The notes under the pieces: model-generated
What the model was told of the DNA's origin: nothing
The model's database searches: none
The model's input: only the letters and a program-made list of their open reading frames with translations
Shown here: positions 1 to 9,512 of the stretch, piece by piece
Layout of the letters: each line of letters begins with the position of its first letter
Position numbering within the stretch: the stretch's first letter is position 1
Position numbers and translations under genes: made by a program
Source: an uncultured Spirochaetota bacterium
GTDB taxonomy: Bacteria; Spirochaetota; Spirochaetia; SZUA-6; Fen-1364
Assembly: GCA_963734545.1 (NCBI GenBank)
Contig: CAVTHO010000007.1
Location: forward strand, 448,001-512,000
DNA: 64,000 nucleotides
Reading direction: 5' to 3'

Positions 1-735
1 CTGCTCGTCCGGGGAAGAGCGCTCCCAGGCCGAGAAACGATGCGACGAAGCTGTTCGCCGGTGACCTGACGAGGTCCTCCGGCGGTGCCCAGCTGGACGA
101 GACGTCCCGCATTCACCAGCGCGATTTTCCCCGCCAGGCTCATGGCCTCCTCGGGATCGTGGGTGACATAGAGCGCGGTGACACTCACTTCCCTGAGCAC
201 CTCCCTGAGCTCGTCAAGCAGGTCCCGCCTCAGCAGGGGATCGAGAGCGCCCAGGGGCTCATCCAGCATCAGGAGCTTCGGCTTCGGAGCAAGGCTGCGC
301 GCGAGGGCGACACGCTGCTGCTCGCCGCCGGAGAGCGTGAGCACATTGCGCTTCCCGAACCCCCGCAGTCCGACGAGGCGCAGCATCTCCTGGACGCGCT
401 CCTCCCTGGCGACCCCGGCTCCAACCCTTTCGTTTCAGACCGAAGCCGACGTTCTCCTCGACGTTGAGATGGGGGAAGAGGCAGTAGTCCTGAAACATGA
501 GCCCGAAGCCGCGCAGGTGAGGCGGCATCCTGTCGAGGTCTCCGCCATTGAGGAGCACCTTTCCCGTGTCGGCGGTTTCCAATCCTGCCGTGATCCGCAG
601 GAGCGTGCTTTTGCCGCTTCCGCTGGGTCCGAGGATGCCGAGGATCTCTCCTTCATCGATGGCAATGGAAATACCATCCAGGGCGCACCGACCGTTGAAG
701 TCCCTGCGCACATTCCGCCATTCCAGGAATGGCAT
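1..735 (-). CDS. thiQ: Thiamine ABC transporter ATP-binding subunit (runs off window; frameshift near 410)
   Basis: ATG at 735 overlaps the permease stop. Walker A GPSGSGKST and Q-loop MFQDYCLFPHLNV are present; after a frameshift near 410 the frame continues with LSGGEQQRVALAR, LLMLDEP and YVTHD. Lies in a TPP-riboswitch operon. Confidence 0.85.
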
Positions 736-2540
736 CAGAAGAGCTCCGAGCCGCGGTACGCCGCGGATTCGGCGCGTCCAATGGGGCAATGGCCGCGGAC
801 CCGGCTCCGCGAGTGCGGAAGCGCTCGATTGCGGCGAGCCCGGCGCCGCACGCGGCCATCAGCAGGACGCTCAACGCAAGAGCCTGTCCCTGGTTCAAGT
901 TCCCCCGGTCGCGTGAGAGAATTGTAGATGAGGACGGGCAGGGTGATCAGCTCGGGGCGCGTCAGTATGGCAGTGGCGCCGAACTCTCCCAGGGAAACGG
1001 TGAAGGCGAATGCGGCGGCCGCGACGAATGCGCGGCTGAGCAGGGGGAGATCGATCTCGAGACGCACCCGCGCGGGCCCCGCGCCCAGGAGGGCGGCTGA
1101 CTCCCGCAGGCGCGGGTTGATGCTGCGCAGCGGCGCCAGCAGGCTGCGTATCACGAGGGGGAGGGCGACCAGCGAGTGAGCGATGGGGATCAGGATCGCC
1201 GAGCCGCGCAGGTCGAAGGACGGCGCGTTGAGCGACACGATGAAGCCGAATCCGAGGGTAACCGCCGATGTGCCGAGGGGCAGCAGGAAAAGGAGGTCGA
1301 TCACGGAAGCGCCGACTCGTCGGACACGGCCGCGCGCCACCTGCCCCCGCGCAATGAGGTAGGCGGCGGGGATGCCGAGTGCCAGCGAAAGGAGCGTGGT
1401 CTGGAGGGCGAAGAGAAGCGAATGCCCCGCGGCCAGAAGCGGAGACGACCAGAAGAGGGAGTGACCGGTGCTCCCGAAGAGCGCCTTCCAGTACGCGAGA
1501 GAAGGGCCGGCGCGAGTGAGGAATGAGCCCGCCACAAGCGCGCCCATGGGCAGCATCAGGGCGGCCGTGGGGAGGATTCCGAACAGGAAAACCTGCACCC
1601 ATTCGCCGGGGGAGCGCGGTGTCTTCCCGGGCGCGCCTTCCGGTCTCAGATTCTGGATGACGCTGAGACGGGACTGAACGCGCGAATACGCGTACATGAC
1701 CAGGGCCGTGGTGGCGAGCTGCACGAGGGAAAGAATCGCCGCAGCGGGCAGGTTGAAAAGGTACAGCGCCTGGCGATAGATCTCGGTTTCCAGGGTCCCC
1801 ACGCGGGGGCCGCCCAGCACGAGAATCACGCCGAAGCTCGAAAAACAGAAGGCGAAAACCAGGAGCGCCGACGCGGAAATGGAGGGAAGCAGGAGTCGGA
1901 GCGTCACGCGCACGAAAGTGGAGAGCCTCCCGGATCCGAGCGTGCGCGCCGCCTCGTCGAGGCGCGTGTCATGCGACAACCACGCGCCTCCCACGATCCG
2001 CACCACGATTGCCACGTTGTAGAAGACGTGGGCCGCGAGCACGGCGGGCAGCGACCGCATGAGGCTCGCCTCCACGGAGGGATTGCCCGTGAGGATCGCG
2101 ACGATCTTCTCCAGCCATCCTCCGGATCCGATGAGCACGACAAAAGCCGAGCTCACCACGACGGTCGGCAGCACGAAGGGAATGGTCAGGAGGGTCCTCA
2201 ATACCGCCTTGCCGGGAAAGTCGTACTGCCCGAACAGCGCTGCTATGGGAAGGCCGCAGACAAGGGAAAGAGCAGTGGACAACAGCGCCTGCACGGCGCT
2301 CGAAATCAGGAGCCTGCCGAGGCCTGCCGCGTCAGCCGCCGCATGGAATGCGCCGATGCCTCCCGCGAGCAGGGGCCGGAGCCCCATGTCGAGAATCCGC
2401 GCGAGCGGGTACAGGAGAAACAGACAGAGAAAGAGCACCGGCAGGGCCGCAAAAGCGGCTCCCGCAAGGTGCCACGGCGCGCGCGGTCCGCGGGCGTGCG
2501 GGGCTAGTGCAGAACGATCTGCGTCCAACTCTGAATCCAC
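735..2540 (-). CDS. thiP: Thiamine ABC transporter permease (start approximate; compensating frameshifts around 790-900)
   Basis: Two repeated ABC membrane domains with EAA loops (LDEAARTLGS, LRESAALLGA). The last TM helix (NQGQALALSVLLM) lies in another frame, ORF 653..898. Confidence 0.85.
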   Translation of the reverse strand: MDSELDADRSALAPHARGPRAPWHLAGAAFAALPVLFLCLFLLYPLARILDMGLRPLLAGGIGAFHAAADAAGLGRLLISSAVQALLSTALSLVCGLPIAALFGQYDFPGKAVLRTLLTIPFVLPTVVVSSAFVVLIGSGGWLEKIVAILTGNPSVEASLMRSLPAVLAAHVFYNVAIVVRIVGGAWLSHDTRLDEAARTLGSGRLSTFVRVTLRLLLPSISASALLVFAFCFSSFGVILVLGGPRVGTLETEIYRQALYLFNLPAAAILSLVQLATTALVMYAYSRVQSRLSVIQNLRPEGAPGKTPRSPGEWVQVFLFGILPTAALMLPMGALVAGSFLTRAGPSLAYWKALFGSTGHSLFWSSPLLAAGHSLLFALQTTLLSLALGIPAAYLIARGQVARGRVRRVGASVIDLLFLLPLGTSAVTLGFGFIVSLNAPSFDLRGSAILIPIAHSLVALPLVIRSLLAPLRSINPRLRESAALLGAGPARVRLEIDLPLLSRAFVAAAAFAFTVSLGEFGATAILTRPELITLPVLIYNSLTRPGELEPGTGSCVERPADGRVRRRARRNRALPHSRSRVRGHCPIGRAESAAYRGSELF

Positions 2541-3551
2541 GAGCTTCGGTTCCGGTCGATCACCGCGGCATCCATCGCAACCGGCTTCTCCGGGAGCGGG
2601 GCGAGACTGCGGAAGATATCGGGAAGCGGCACTCCGCGGCGTGAGGGGTACACCCACATCTGCAGCGGGATGTCGGCCTGGAATGCGGCGGAGAGCATGA
2701 AATCAACGAACTTGCGGGCAAGGGCCGGTTCCCGTGCCCCCTTGAGGATGCCCACGAACTCCACCTGCCGGAAAGTGCCTGCGATCGGCATGACATTCCC
2801 CGTGGGAGGCTCGGCCGGCTTGGGCTCGGCCGCCGCATAGACCTCGTACGCAGGGCTCGTGGAATAGCTTACCACCAGCGGGCGCCTGCCCTTGCCCTGC
2901 GCGCTGAACTCATTGTAATACGCCTCTTCCCAGCCATTGACAGCCAGGACGTCATTCTTTTTCAGGTCGTTCCAGTACGACTCCCATGTGTAGGCTCCCT
3001 TCTCCCCGAATCTTGAAATCGTTGCGAGAAAGAACGACAGGCCAGGGGAAGAGGTGGCAGGGTTCTCCACGACAAGGAGGCCCCGGTAGAGCGGGCGCGC
3101 AAGATCCTCCAGCGTCCGGGGAAGCGGGATTTTCTTCTGCCTGAACCATGCGCTGTCATAATTCAGGGAGACAAAGCCGAAGTCGACGGGAAGCAGCCGG
3201 TGAGTAGCGTCGAGCTGCAGATCCAGCGGGATTTCTGCAAGCGCGGGGGAGTCGTACCGCTCGAAAATGTCCGCCTCCAGCGCGCGTCCCATGAACGTAT
3301 TGTCGACTCCGTAGAGCACGTCGGCGAGAGGACTCCCCTTCGAGAGGATCGCCTTGTTCAGTGTTTCCCCGGCGTCTCCGCCGGCTGAAAACTGGACGGT
3401 CACATCGTTGGTTTTCTGAAACGCCTCGATCAGCCCCTTGGTGGCAGCGAAAGACGAGTGGGTGAGCACGCGGAGGATCTTCGGCGCCGCGAACCCCGAG
3501 GAAGTGACGAGAACAACGCAGAGAATTGCCGCAAGTCGAGTCTTTGGCCAT
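2504..3551 (-). CDS. thiB: Thiamine ABC transporter substrate-binding protein (frameshift near 3543)
   Basis: LTHSSF, ADVLYGVDN, ENPATSSPGL, GWEEAYY, VVSYSTSPAY and QVEFVGIL are ThiB/TbpA motifs. Removing one A after ATG 3551 restores a signal peptide (MAKTRLAAILCVVLVTSSGFA). Confidence 0.9.
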
Positions 3552-3632
3552 TGAGCACCCCCTGATGGAAAAAGATCGGCGGCCCGTTCAGCCTGGAGGA
3601 AGCGAGATCGCCGGTGTGGGGGTGTGCACGGT

Positions 3633-3731
3633 CAGTATCCCTTCGCTGGCATTACCCAGATCAGGTTCCACGGGTGTAATCTCAGGCCTTCGCGCGCGGC
3701 CTGCGCCGCGACAAAGACCACCCCACGACTC
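3633..3731 (-). ncRNA. TPP (THI) riboswitch
   Basis: Minus strand reads GGGGTG...CTGAGA-TTACACCC-GTGGAACCTGATCTGGGTAATGCCAGCGAAGGGA, the THI-box consensus, directly upstream of thiB. Confidence 0.95.
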
Positions 3732-3735
3732 ACAT

Positions 3736-3764
3736 AATGTAGCGCCGCTTGACCCGCCAGTCAA
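3736..3764 (-). promoter_or_regulatory. Candidate sigma70 promoter of the thi operon
   Basis: TTGACT-N17-TACATT on the minus strand, which places the transcription start at the 5' end of the riboswitch. Confidence 0.6.
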
Positions 3765-3797
3765 GGAGCCACGGTCAAGGAGCCCTGGTCAAGGAGT
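3760..3797. repeat. Three short direct repeats GTCAAGGAG with 14-bp period
   Basis: gtcaaggagc at 3760 and 3774, gtcaaggagt at 3788. Confidence 0.6.
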
Positions 3798-4570
3798 GCG
3801 CGGCGCCGAGAGGCGTCCTTTCAGCCAGTCAGACATTGCAATCAGCCGGTTCGAAAGCGACTCCTCCCTGCTGTGCCTGTCTCCGATGGGCATCCCCGTG
3901 CGAAGGCATGCGACCCCGTAGAACAGCACGTCTTTGTCCACCGGAATCACCGCCACGAGGCTGACAAGGTTGTGCGGCGTGACCAGGGGGAATATGAAGA
4001 AGGAATCGTGGAAAGGTTTTCGATTTTCGCCACCAGGTGGTCGGTCCGATACCGGAAGCTCTCCTGGTACGGTATCCCGCCGAAGCTCTTGTCCTCCTGC
4101 CAGGTGTAAAGGATGTCATTCTCGGGGATCACGGTGAACACCGGATCCGGGATCCGCGTCGGCTCAGAGGCTGAAGTGATCGCGTATGACTTCGAGAAGA
4201 GTATCTCCATTTTGCCGCGCGACACGGAATAGTAGGTGATGCCGCGCATCGAGCTCACGGCGTGCAGGTCATTGTAGATCTTCAGCCACCCTTCCGGGCT
4301 GTCCATCTGTTCGGCCAGATCGGGGATAAGGCGCAGCATCTCGACTCCCACCGTTGGTTGCAGGGCGCTGACGTCGGCGGCGATGCTCGCCTGGGACGAA
4401 ATGGCGGGAACCAGCCTCAGCACGCCATCCGAGGATACGCTCGAGGAGACGGAAGAGCCATTGCGCAGCTTCTGCAGGGATTCGCCGTCAACGTAGCGCG
4501 CGAGCAGGTCATCCGCCCCTGCCGAAAGCGTGAGAAAGGTCATCAGGATTGCTAGCAGAATGAATCTCAT
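3789..4570 (-). CDS. Exported spirochaete hypothetical protein, DUF6675/TP0183-like (frameshift near 4003)
   Basis: Signal peptide; YNDLHAVSSMRGITYYSVSR and WQEDKSFG motifs. The alternative frame continues ...VLFYGVACL...ESLSNRLIAMSDWL to TGA at 3789. Confidence 0.65.
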
Positions 4571-4718
4571 GGTAGTGTCAAACTACAGTATGGCAAAGAG
4601 CCTTGCAAGCGCGGGAGAAACAGCCGGATACGGAAGTGCGCGAGTACGCGCTCGGCCCGAAAGCCGTGCCCGTCGGGGGAAAGCCCCGTACGTCGGCGCG
4701 CGCGCACAGGACCTTCCT

Positions 4719-5780
4719 GTGATCGCATTCACCGGGGGAGGAACCGCAGGGCATGTCTTCCCTGGAATCGCGGTTGCGGAAGAGCTGGGCCGGCGCGCCC
4801 TGTGGATCGGCTCCCCGAACGGGGTGGAGAAGAAGCTTGCCGAGGATGCGGGCATCGAGTTCAGGGGAATCCCCGCCGGAAAGCTGCGGCGGTACTTCTC
4901 CCTTCGCAATCTGAGCGACATTGGCAGGATCATCTCCGGAGTCTTCGCAGCGGTACGGATTCTCAGGAAGGAAAAGCCGGCGTTTCTCTTCTCGAAAGGC
5001 GGATTCGTCAGCGTGCCCCCTGTTGTCGCGGCGCGTTTGTGCGGCGTTCCCACCTATACGCACGAGTCGGACTTCGATCCCGGGCTCGCAACCCGCATCA
5101 ACCTGATGTTCTGCGAGAAGGTGCTGGTTTCCTTTCCCGAGACGATCGATTTTCTCCCCTCGCGTTTCAGGCAGAAAGCCGAGGTGACCGGAAACCCGGT
5201 GCGCCGCGCAGTCTACGGCGCGGATCCGGGACGGGGCCGGCGGTATCTGAAATGTGACCCGTCGATACAGGTCATACTGGTGCTGGGAGGCAGCCAGGGC
5301 TCTTCGTTCATCAACGGTCTGATCGCCGCCTGCCTGCCGCGGCTCGTTCCTCGCTTCTTCGTCGTTCACCAGATGGGCGCGCGCGACTATTCGGCCTCCA
5401 CGCTTGGCAACTACTTTCCCGCGGCATTCTTCAGCGCGGAGCTGCCCGACATCATTGCCGCCGCGGACCTGGTGATCTGCCGGTCGGGTGCAAACACTCT
5501 TGCCGAGCTGGCCGCGCTGGGAAAGCCGTCCCTCCTGATCCCGCTGTCACGGAGCGGCAGCCGCGGAGACCAGCTCCGGAACGCGGAGGTATTCCGCGCC
5601 CGGGGGGCGGCCCTGGTGCTGCAGGAGAAGGACGCTACTGTTGACTCGCTTCTCGCCATGGTGTGCAGCCTGCTCGCGCACCCCCGGCAGCTGCAGGACA
5701 TGGGCCGCAGCGCGGGGTCCCTGAGCGCGGGCCGTCCTGCGGAGACCATTGCGCGCCTCATAAGGGAGAGGCTTTCCTGA
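4719..5780 (+). CDS. murG: Undecaprenyldiphospho-muramoylpentapeptide GlcNAc transferase MurG (start may be 4590)
   Basis: FTGGGTAGHVFP, SKGGFVSVP, HESD, GNPVR, GGSQGS, RSGANT and DQLRNA motifs. Confidence 0.95.
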   Translation: MIAFTGGGTAGHVFPGIAVAEELGRRALWIGSPNGVEKKLAEDAGIEFRGIPAGKLRRYFSLRNLSDIGRIISGVFAAVRILRKEKPAFLFSKGGFVSVPPVVAARLCGVPTYTHESDFDPGLATRINLMFCEKVLVSFPETIDFLPSRFRQKAEVTGNPVRRAVYGADPGRGRRYLKCDPSIQVILVLGGSQGSSFINGLIAACLPRLVPRFFVVHQMGARDYSASTLGNYFPAAFFSAELPDIIAAADLVICRSGANTLAELAALGKPSLLIPLSRSGSRGDQLRNAEVFRARGAALVLQEKDATVDSLLAMVCSLLAHPRQLQDMGRSAGSLSAGRPAETIARLIRERLS

Positions 5781-7009
5781 TGTTCGAGAATATCATCGGG
5801 CACGCGACAACCGTGCAGATGCTCCGTGAAGAGCTGGGGTCCGCGCGGTTCCCGCGCGCGTCGCTTTTCTTCGGCCCGCCCTACACGGGGAAGCTTTCCG
5901 CCGCCCTCGAAGCGGCACGGATCCTCACGTGCCGGGAGGGGCGGGCGGAGTGGTCGTGCGTCTGCCAGTCCTGCCGGCTCCAGAAGGAGCTCGTCCATCC
6001 CCATACGGTCCTGCTGGGCACGCGCTACGCGGACGTGGAGATCGCGGCGTGCGCGGGCGTCCTGATGAGAAGCCGCAAGACGCCGACCCTGTATCTCTTT
6101 CTGCGCGCTGTCCGCAAACTCACCCGCCGGTTCGATGCCGCAATTCTCGATGCCGACGACACCAGGCTGAAGGGAGCGCTCGACAGGGTTTCTCTCATCG
6201 AGGACCTTCTGGCGGAGCTGCAGCCGGGCAGGGAGCTGCCGCCCGATCGCGAGCTGGGAGAGCTGCTGGAAAAGGTAGTGGCGGCTGCGATGCAGCTTGC
6301 CGCACAGGTCCGGCCGGACGGCATCACTGTGGGACAGGTGCGCAAGCTGGCCGGCTGGGCGCATATGACCGCCACGGAGTCCCGCAAGGTGGCCATCCTG
6401 GAAAACGCGGATAGAATGCAGGAATCTGCCCGCAATGCCCTGCTGAAATTGCTGGAGGAGCCGCCGGAAGCGGTGCACATCATCCTGCTCTCCACCCGCA
6501 GGGCCGCCATCATGCCCACCATCCTCTCCCGCCTGCGTCCGTACCCGTTCGAGCAGCGCAGCGCGGAAGAGGAAAGGGAAGTCATGGCCAAGATCTTCCG
6601 CGAGGAGACCCCGGCTTTCGAAGGCCTTCGCGGGTACTTCCTCGCGTGGAAGGAGATCAACCCTGAGAAGCTGACCATCCTCGCCGGCAGGTTTCTCGAC
6701 CATGTCTGGAGCCCGGATTCCCCCTCCTTCGACATCGCCGAGGAGCTGTCGCAGCTGCTGCCGGATCGCAAGGGCAGGCGTGAGCGCTCCCCGAAAGAAA
6801 CGATCGTTTCCTTCCTGGAAGAGCTCATGTTCCGGTTCCACGCACAGCTCCGCGAGGGCCGTGGAAGCGTGGAGATCTTCGAGGAGTGGAATGCGGCCGT
6901 GCGGGAGGCCCTCCTGCGCCTGGATATCTACAACATGAGCCCGCAGACGGTGCTGGAATCACTCCTGTACCGCATGCGGCACGTGGCGCGTCAGGAGGCT
7001 GCAGGGTGA
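5780..7009 (+). CDS. DNA polymerase III delta'/clamp-loader-like protein (spirochaete type)
   Basis: FENIIGH start, degenerate P-loop GPPYTGK, Cys cluster, and ENADRMQESARNALLKLLEEPP and TILSR motifs. Start overlaps the murG stop. Confidence 0.8.
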   Translation: MFENIIGHATTVQMLREELGSARFPRASLFFGPPYTGKLSAALEAARILTCREGRAEWSCVCQSCRLQKELVHPHTVLLGTRYADVEIAACAGVLMRSRKTPTLYLFLRAVRKLTRRFDAAILDADDTRLKGALDRVSLIEDLLAELQPGRELPPDRELGELLEKVVAAAMQLAAQVRPDGITVGQVRKLAGWAHMTATESRKVAILENADRMQESARNALLKLLEEPPEAVHIILLSTRRAAIMPTILSRLRPYPFEQRSAEEEREVMAKIFREETPAFEGLRGYFLAWKEINPEKLTILAGRFLDHVWSPDSPSFDIAEELSQLLPDRKGRRERSPKETIVSFLEELMFRFHAQLREGRGSVEIFEEWNAAVREALLRLDIYNMSPQTVLESLLYRMRHVARQEAAG

Positions 7010-8172
7010 GGAAATTCATCCGCAAGGCCCTGGAGAAGCTCGGCAAGATGGACCTGGACCAGGTCCGCGCCCTGATCGTGCGCATGTCGGAGGAGAACGA
7101 TCTTCTTGGCATGCTCCTGGAGTCGATGACCGACGGCATCATTGTCACCGACCGCGAGCACCGGATCATGCTGTACAACAAGTCCGCGGAGCGGCTGTTT
7201 CCGTTCTCCCAGGATGACATCATGGAACGGGTGCTGTGGGATTGCCTGACGGACAGGGAGCTCGGCGCGTTTTTCTCCGCGAACCTCCGCAACCAGGAAA
7301 AAGTCTCGGACAGGGAGTTCACCCTGGACGGCGCGCCGCCGCGCATTCTCTCGGTCAGCCTTCTGCCGCTGGTCAGGGACGGGAGCGTGCAGGGCAATGT
7401 CGTGCACATCGAGGACGTGACGGAGAAGCGTTCCAAGGAGGCCCGTCTGCGCAGGGCTGAAAGCCTCGCGTCCCTGACCACCCTTGCCGCGGGCGTGGCA
7501 CATGAGATCAAGAACCCGCTGGGTTCCATGGGCATCCACCTCCAGCTCATACAGAAAAAGATCGCCGGCAAGGACTGCATTGAAGCGAAGGATATCGAGC
7601 AGCACCTCGGAGTGATCGGCGAGGAGGTGGACCGGCTGAACAGGATCGTGGTGGACTTTCTTTTCGCCGTGAAGCCGATGGACACCCGTCTGGAGGACGG
7701 GGAGATCAACCCGATCATCGAGGAGCTTCTGGCGTTTGTCCAGCCCGAGCTCGACCAGGCCGGAGTCAAGATAGAGTCGAATCTGGCCGCCTCACTGCCC
7801 GTGCTGCGAATCGACGCCCGCTACATCAAGCAGGCGCTGCTCAACCTCATCAAGAACGGAGTGGCTGCCATGCCGGGCGGAGGAACCCTTCGCGTGGAGA
7901 CACTGCGCGCCGGGGAGGACGTCCTGATACGCGTCTCCGACACGGGCACCGGCATTCCCGAGGAGATCATGGACAAGATCTTCGAGCCGTACTTCACGAC
8001 CAAGCCGTTCGGCACCGGGCTGGGGCTCACGATCGTGTTCAAGATCGTGAAGGAGCACTTCGGCGATATCTCGGTCAGCTCGCGGCTGGGGGAGGGCACG
8101 ACGGTCACCCTCGCTCTGCCCATGCCGCAGAAGGAGAAGATCCTCATCGACTACAAGGGGGAGGCCCAATGA
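7006..8172 (+). CDS. Soluble PAS-domain sensor histidine kinase (NtrB/Hk2-like)
   Basis: PAS domain (MTDGIIVTD..YNKSAE), H-box AHEIKNPL, N-box NLIKN, G boxes DTGTG and GTGLGL; no TM segment. GTG start overlaps the previous stop. Confidence 0.92.
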   Translation: MRKFIRKALEKLGKMDLDQVRALIVRMSEENDLLGMLLESMTDGIIVTDREHRIMLYNKSAERLFPFSQDDIMERVLWDCLTDRELGAFFSANLRNQEKVSDREFTLDGAPPRILSVSLLPLVRDGSVQGNVVHIEDVTEKRSKEARLRRAESLASLTTLAAGVAHEIKNPLGSMGIHLQLIQKKIAGKDCIEAKDIEQHLGVIGEEVDRLNRIVVDFLFAVKPMDTRLEDGEINPIIEELLAFVQPELDQAGVKIESNLAASLPVLRIDARYIKQALLNLIKNGVAAMPGGGTLRVETLRAGEDVLIRVSDTGTGIPEEIMDKIFEPYFTTKPFGTGLGLTIVFKIVKEHFGDISVSSRLGEGTTVTLALPMPQKEKILIDYKGEAQ

Positions 8173-9512
8173 AGCTCAACGTTCTGGTGGCCGACGATGA
8201 GAAGAACATCCGCGAGGGATTGCGCGAGGCCCTGATGCTGGATGGCTACGACGTGCTCCTTGCCGCCGACGGAAAGGAAGCCCTGGACACGGTGAACCGA
8301 GGTGACGTGGACCTGCTCATTACCGACCTGAAGATGCCCCGACTCTCCGGCGAGGAGCTCTTGAAGAACGTCGCCTCCCAGTTTCCGACGGTTCCCGTCA
8401 TCATCCTCACCGGGCACGGGACCATCGAATCCGCCGTGCAGGCCATGCACGACGGGGCCTACGATTTCCTCACCAAGCCGGTGAACCTGGACAGGTTGTC
8501 GCTCCTGGTGAAGAGGGCGCTCGCGAGCCGGGAGCTCGCCGTGCAGAACCGGGCCATGCAGGAGGAGCTGGAGCGGAGGAGCGGCTTCGCGAGCATCATC
8601 GGCAAGAGCGCTGAAATGAAGCAGGTCTTCGACATGGTGCGCCAGGTCGCCCCGTCGCGCAGCTCCGTGCTCATCACGGGGGAGAGCGGCTCCGGCAAGG
8701 AGATGATTGCGGAGGCTTTGCACTACAACTCCCCCCGCAAGGACAAGTCCTTCATCAAGCTCCACTGCGCGGCGCTTACGGAAAGCCTGCTGGAGAGCGA
8801 GCTTTTCGGTCACGAGAAAGGCGCCTTCACGGGCGCCATTGCGCGGAAGAGGGGCAGATTCGAGCTCGCCCACCTCGGGACCCTGTTTCTGGACGAGATC
8901 GGGGAGATAAACCAGAACGTGCAGATCAAGCTCCTGCGCGTGCTGGAGGAGAAGAAGTTCGAGCGCGTCGGAGGAGAGGAAACCATCGAGGTGGACGTGC
9001 GTCTGATTGCCGCAACCAATCGTGACCTGAAGGATGCCATCGCGAAGGGCTCCTTCCGGGAGGACCTCTACTATCGGCTGAACGTGGTCAACATCCATAT
9101 CCCTCCGCTGCGCGAGCGAAAGGAGGACATCCCGCTGCTCGTGGCGGCATTTCTGAAGGAGTTCAGCCAGGAGAACGGGAAGCCCATCGAGGGGATCGAT
9201 CCGAAAGCGCGTCTGGCTCTCTACAATTACTCGTGGCCCGGCAACGTACGGCAGCTGCGCAATTCCGTCGAAAGCGCGGTCGTGCTAGCCAAGGGGTCGA
9301 CGCTCACCCTGGAGGACTTTCCACCCAACATCCGCGGCGAGACGGGTGTCGATACCCTGCGTCTTTCCCTCGGTACAAGCCTGGCCGAGGTGGAGAAAGA
9401 GGTCATTCGGTCCACGCTGGCGCGCGAGGGGGGCAATAAGAGCCGAACTGCCGAAATATTAGGTATAGGGCGCAAGACGCTCCATCGCAAAATCGAGGAG
9501 TACGGATTATGA
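8169..9512 (+). CDS. Sigma54-dependent response regulator (NtrC/Rrp2-like)
   Basis: Receiver domain (ADDE, TDLKMP), AAA+ Walker A GESGSGKE, intact [21 protein letters not shown] and a Fis-type HTH. Confidence 0.95.
   Translation: MKLNVLVADDEKNIREGLREALMLDGYDVLLAADGKEALDTVNRGDVDLLITDLKMPRLSGEELLKNVASQFPTVPVIILTGHGTIESAVQAMHDGAYDFLTKPVNLDRLSLLVKRALASRELAVQNRAMQEELERRSGFASIIGKSAEMKQVFDMVRQVAPSRSSVLITGESGSGKEMIAEALHYNSPRKDKSFIKLHCAALTESLLESELFGHEKGAFTGAIARKRGRFELAHLGTLFLDEIGEINQNVQIKLLRVLEEKKFERVGGEETIEVDVRLIAATNRDLKDAIAKGSFREDLYYRLNVVNIHIPPLRERKEDIPLLVAAFLKEFSQENGKPIEGIDPKARLALYNYSWPGNVRQLRNSVESAVVLAKGSTLTLEDFPPNIRGETGVDTLRLSLGTSLAEVEKEVIRSTLAREGGNKSRTAEILGIGRKTLHRKIEEYGL

Noticed and set aside
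4591-4607. Second sigma54 promoter TGGCAAAGAGCCTTGCA upstream of murG
   Set aside because: GG to GC spacing is 11 rather than the required 10. Worth revisiting only if polishing removes an A.
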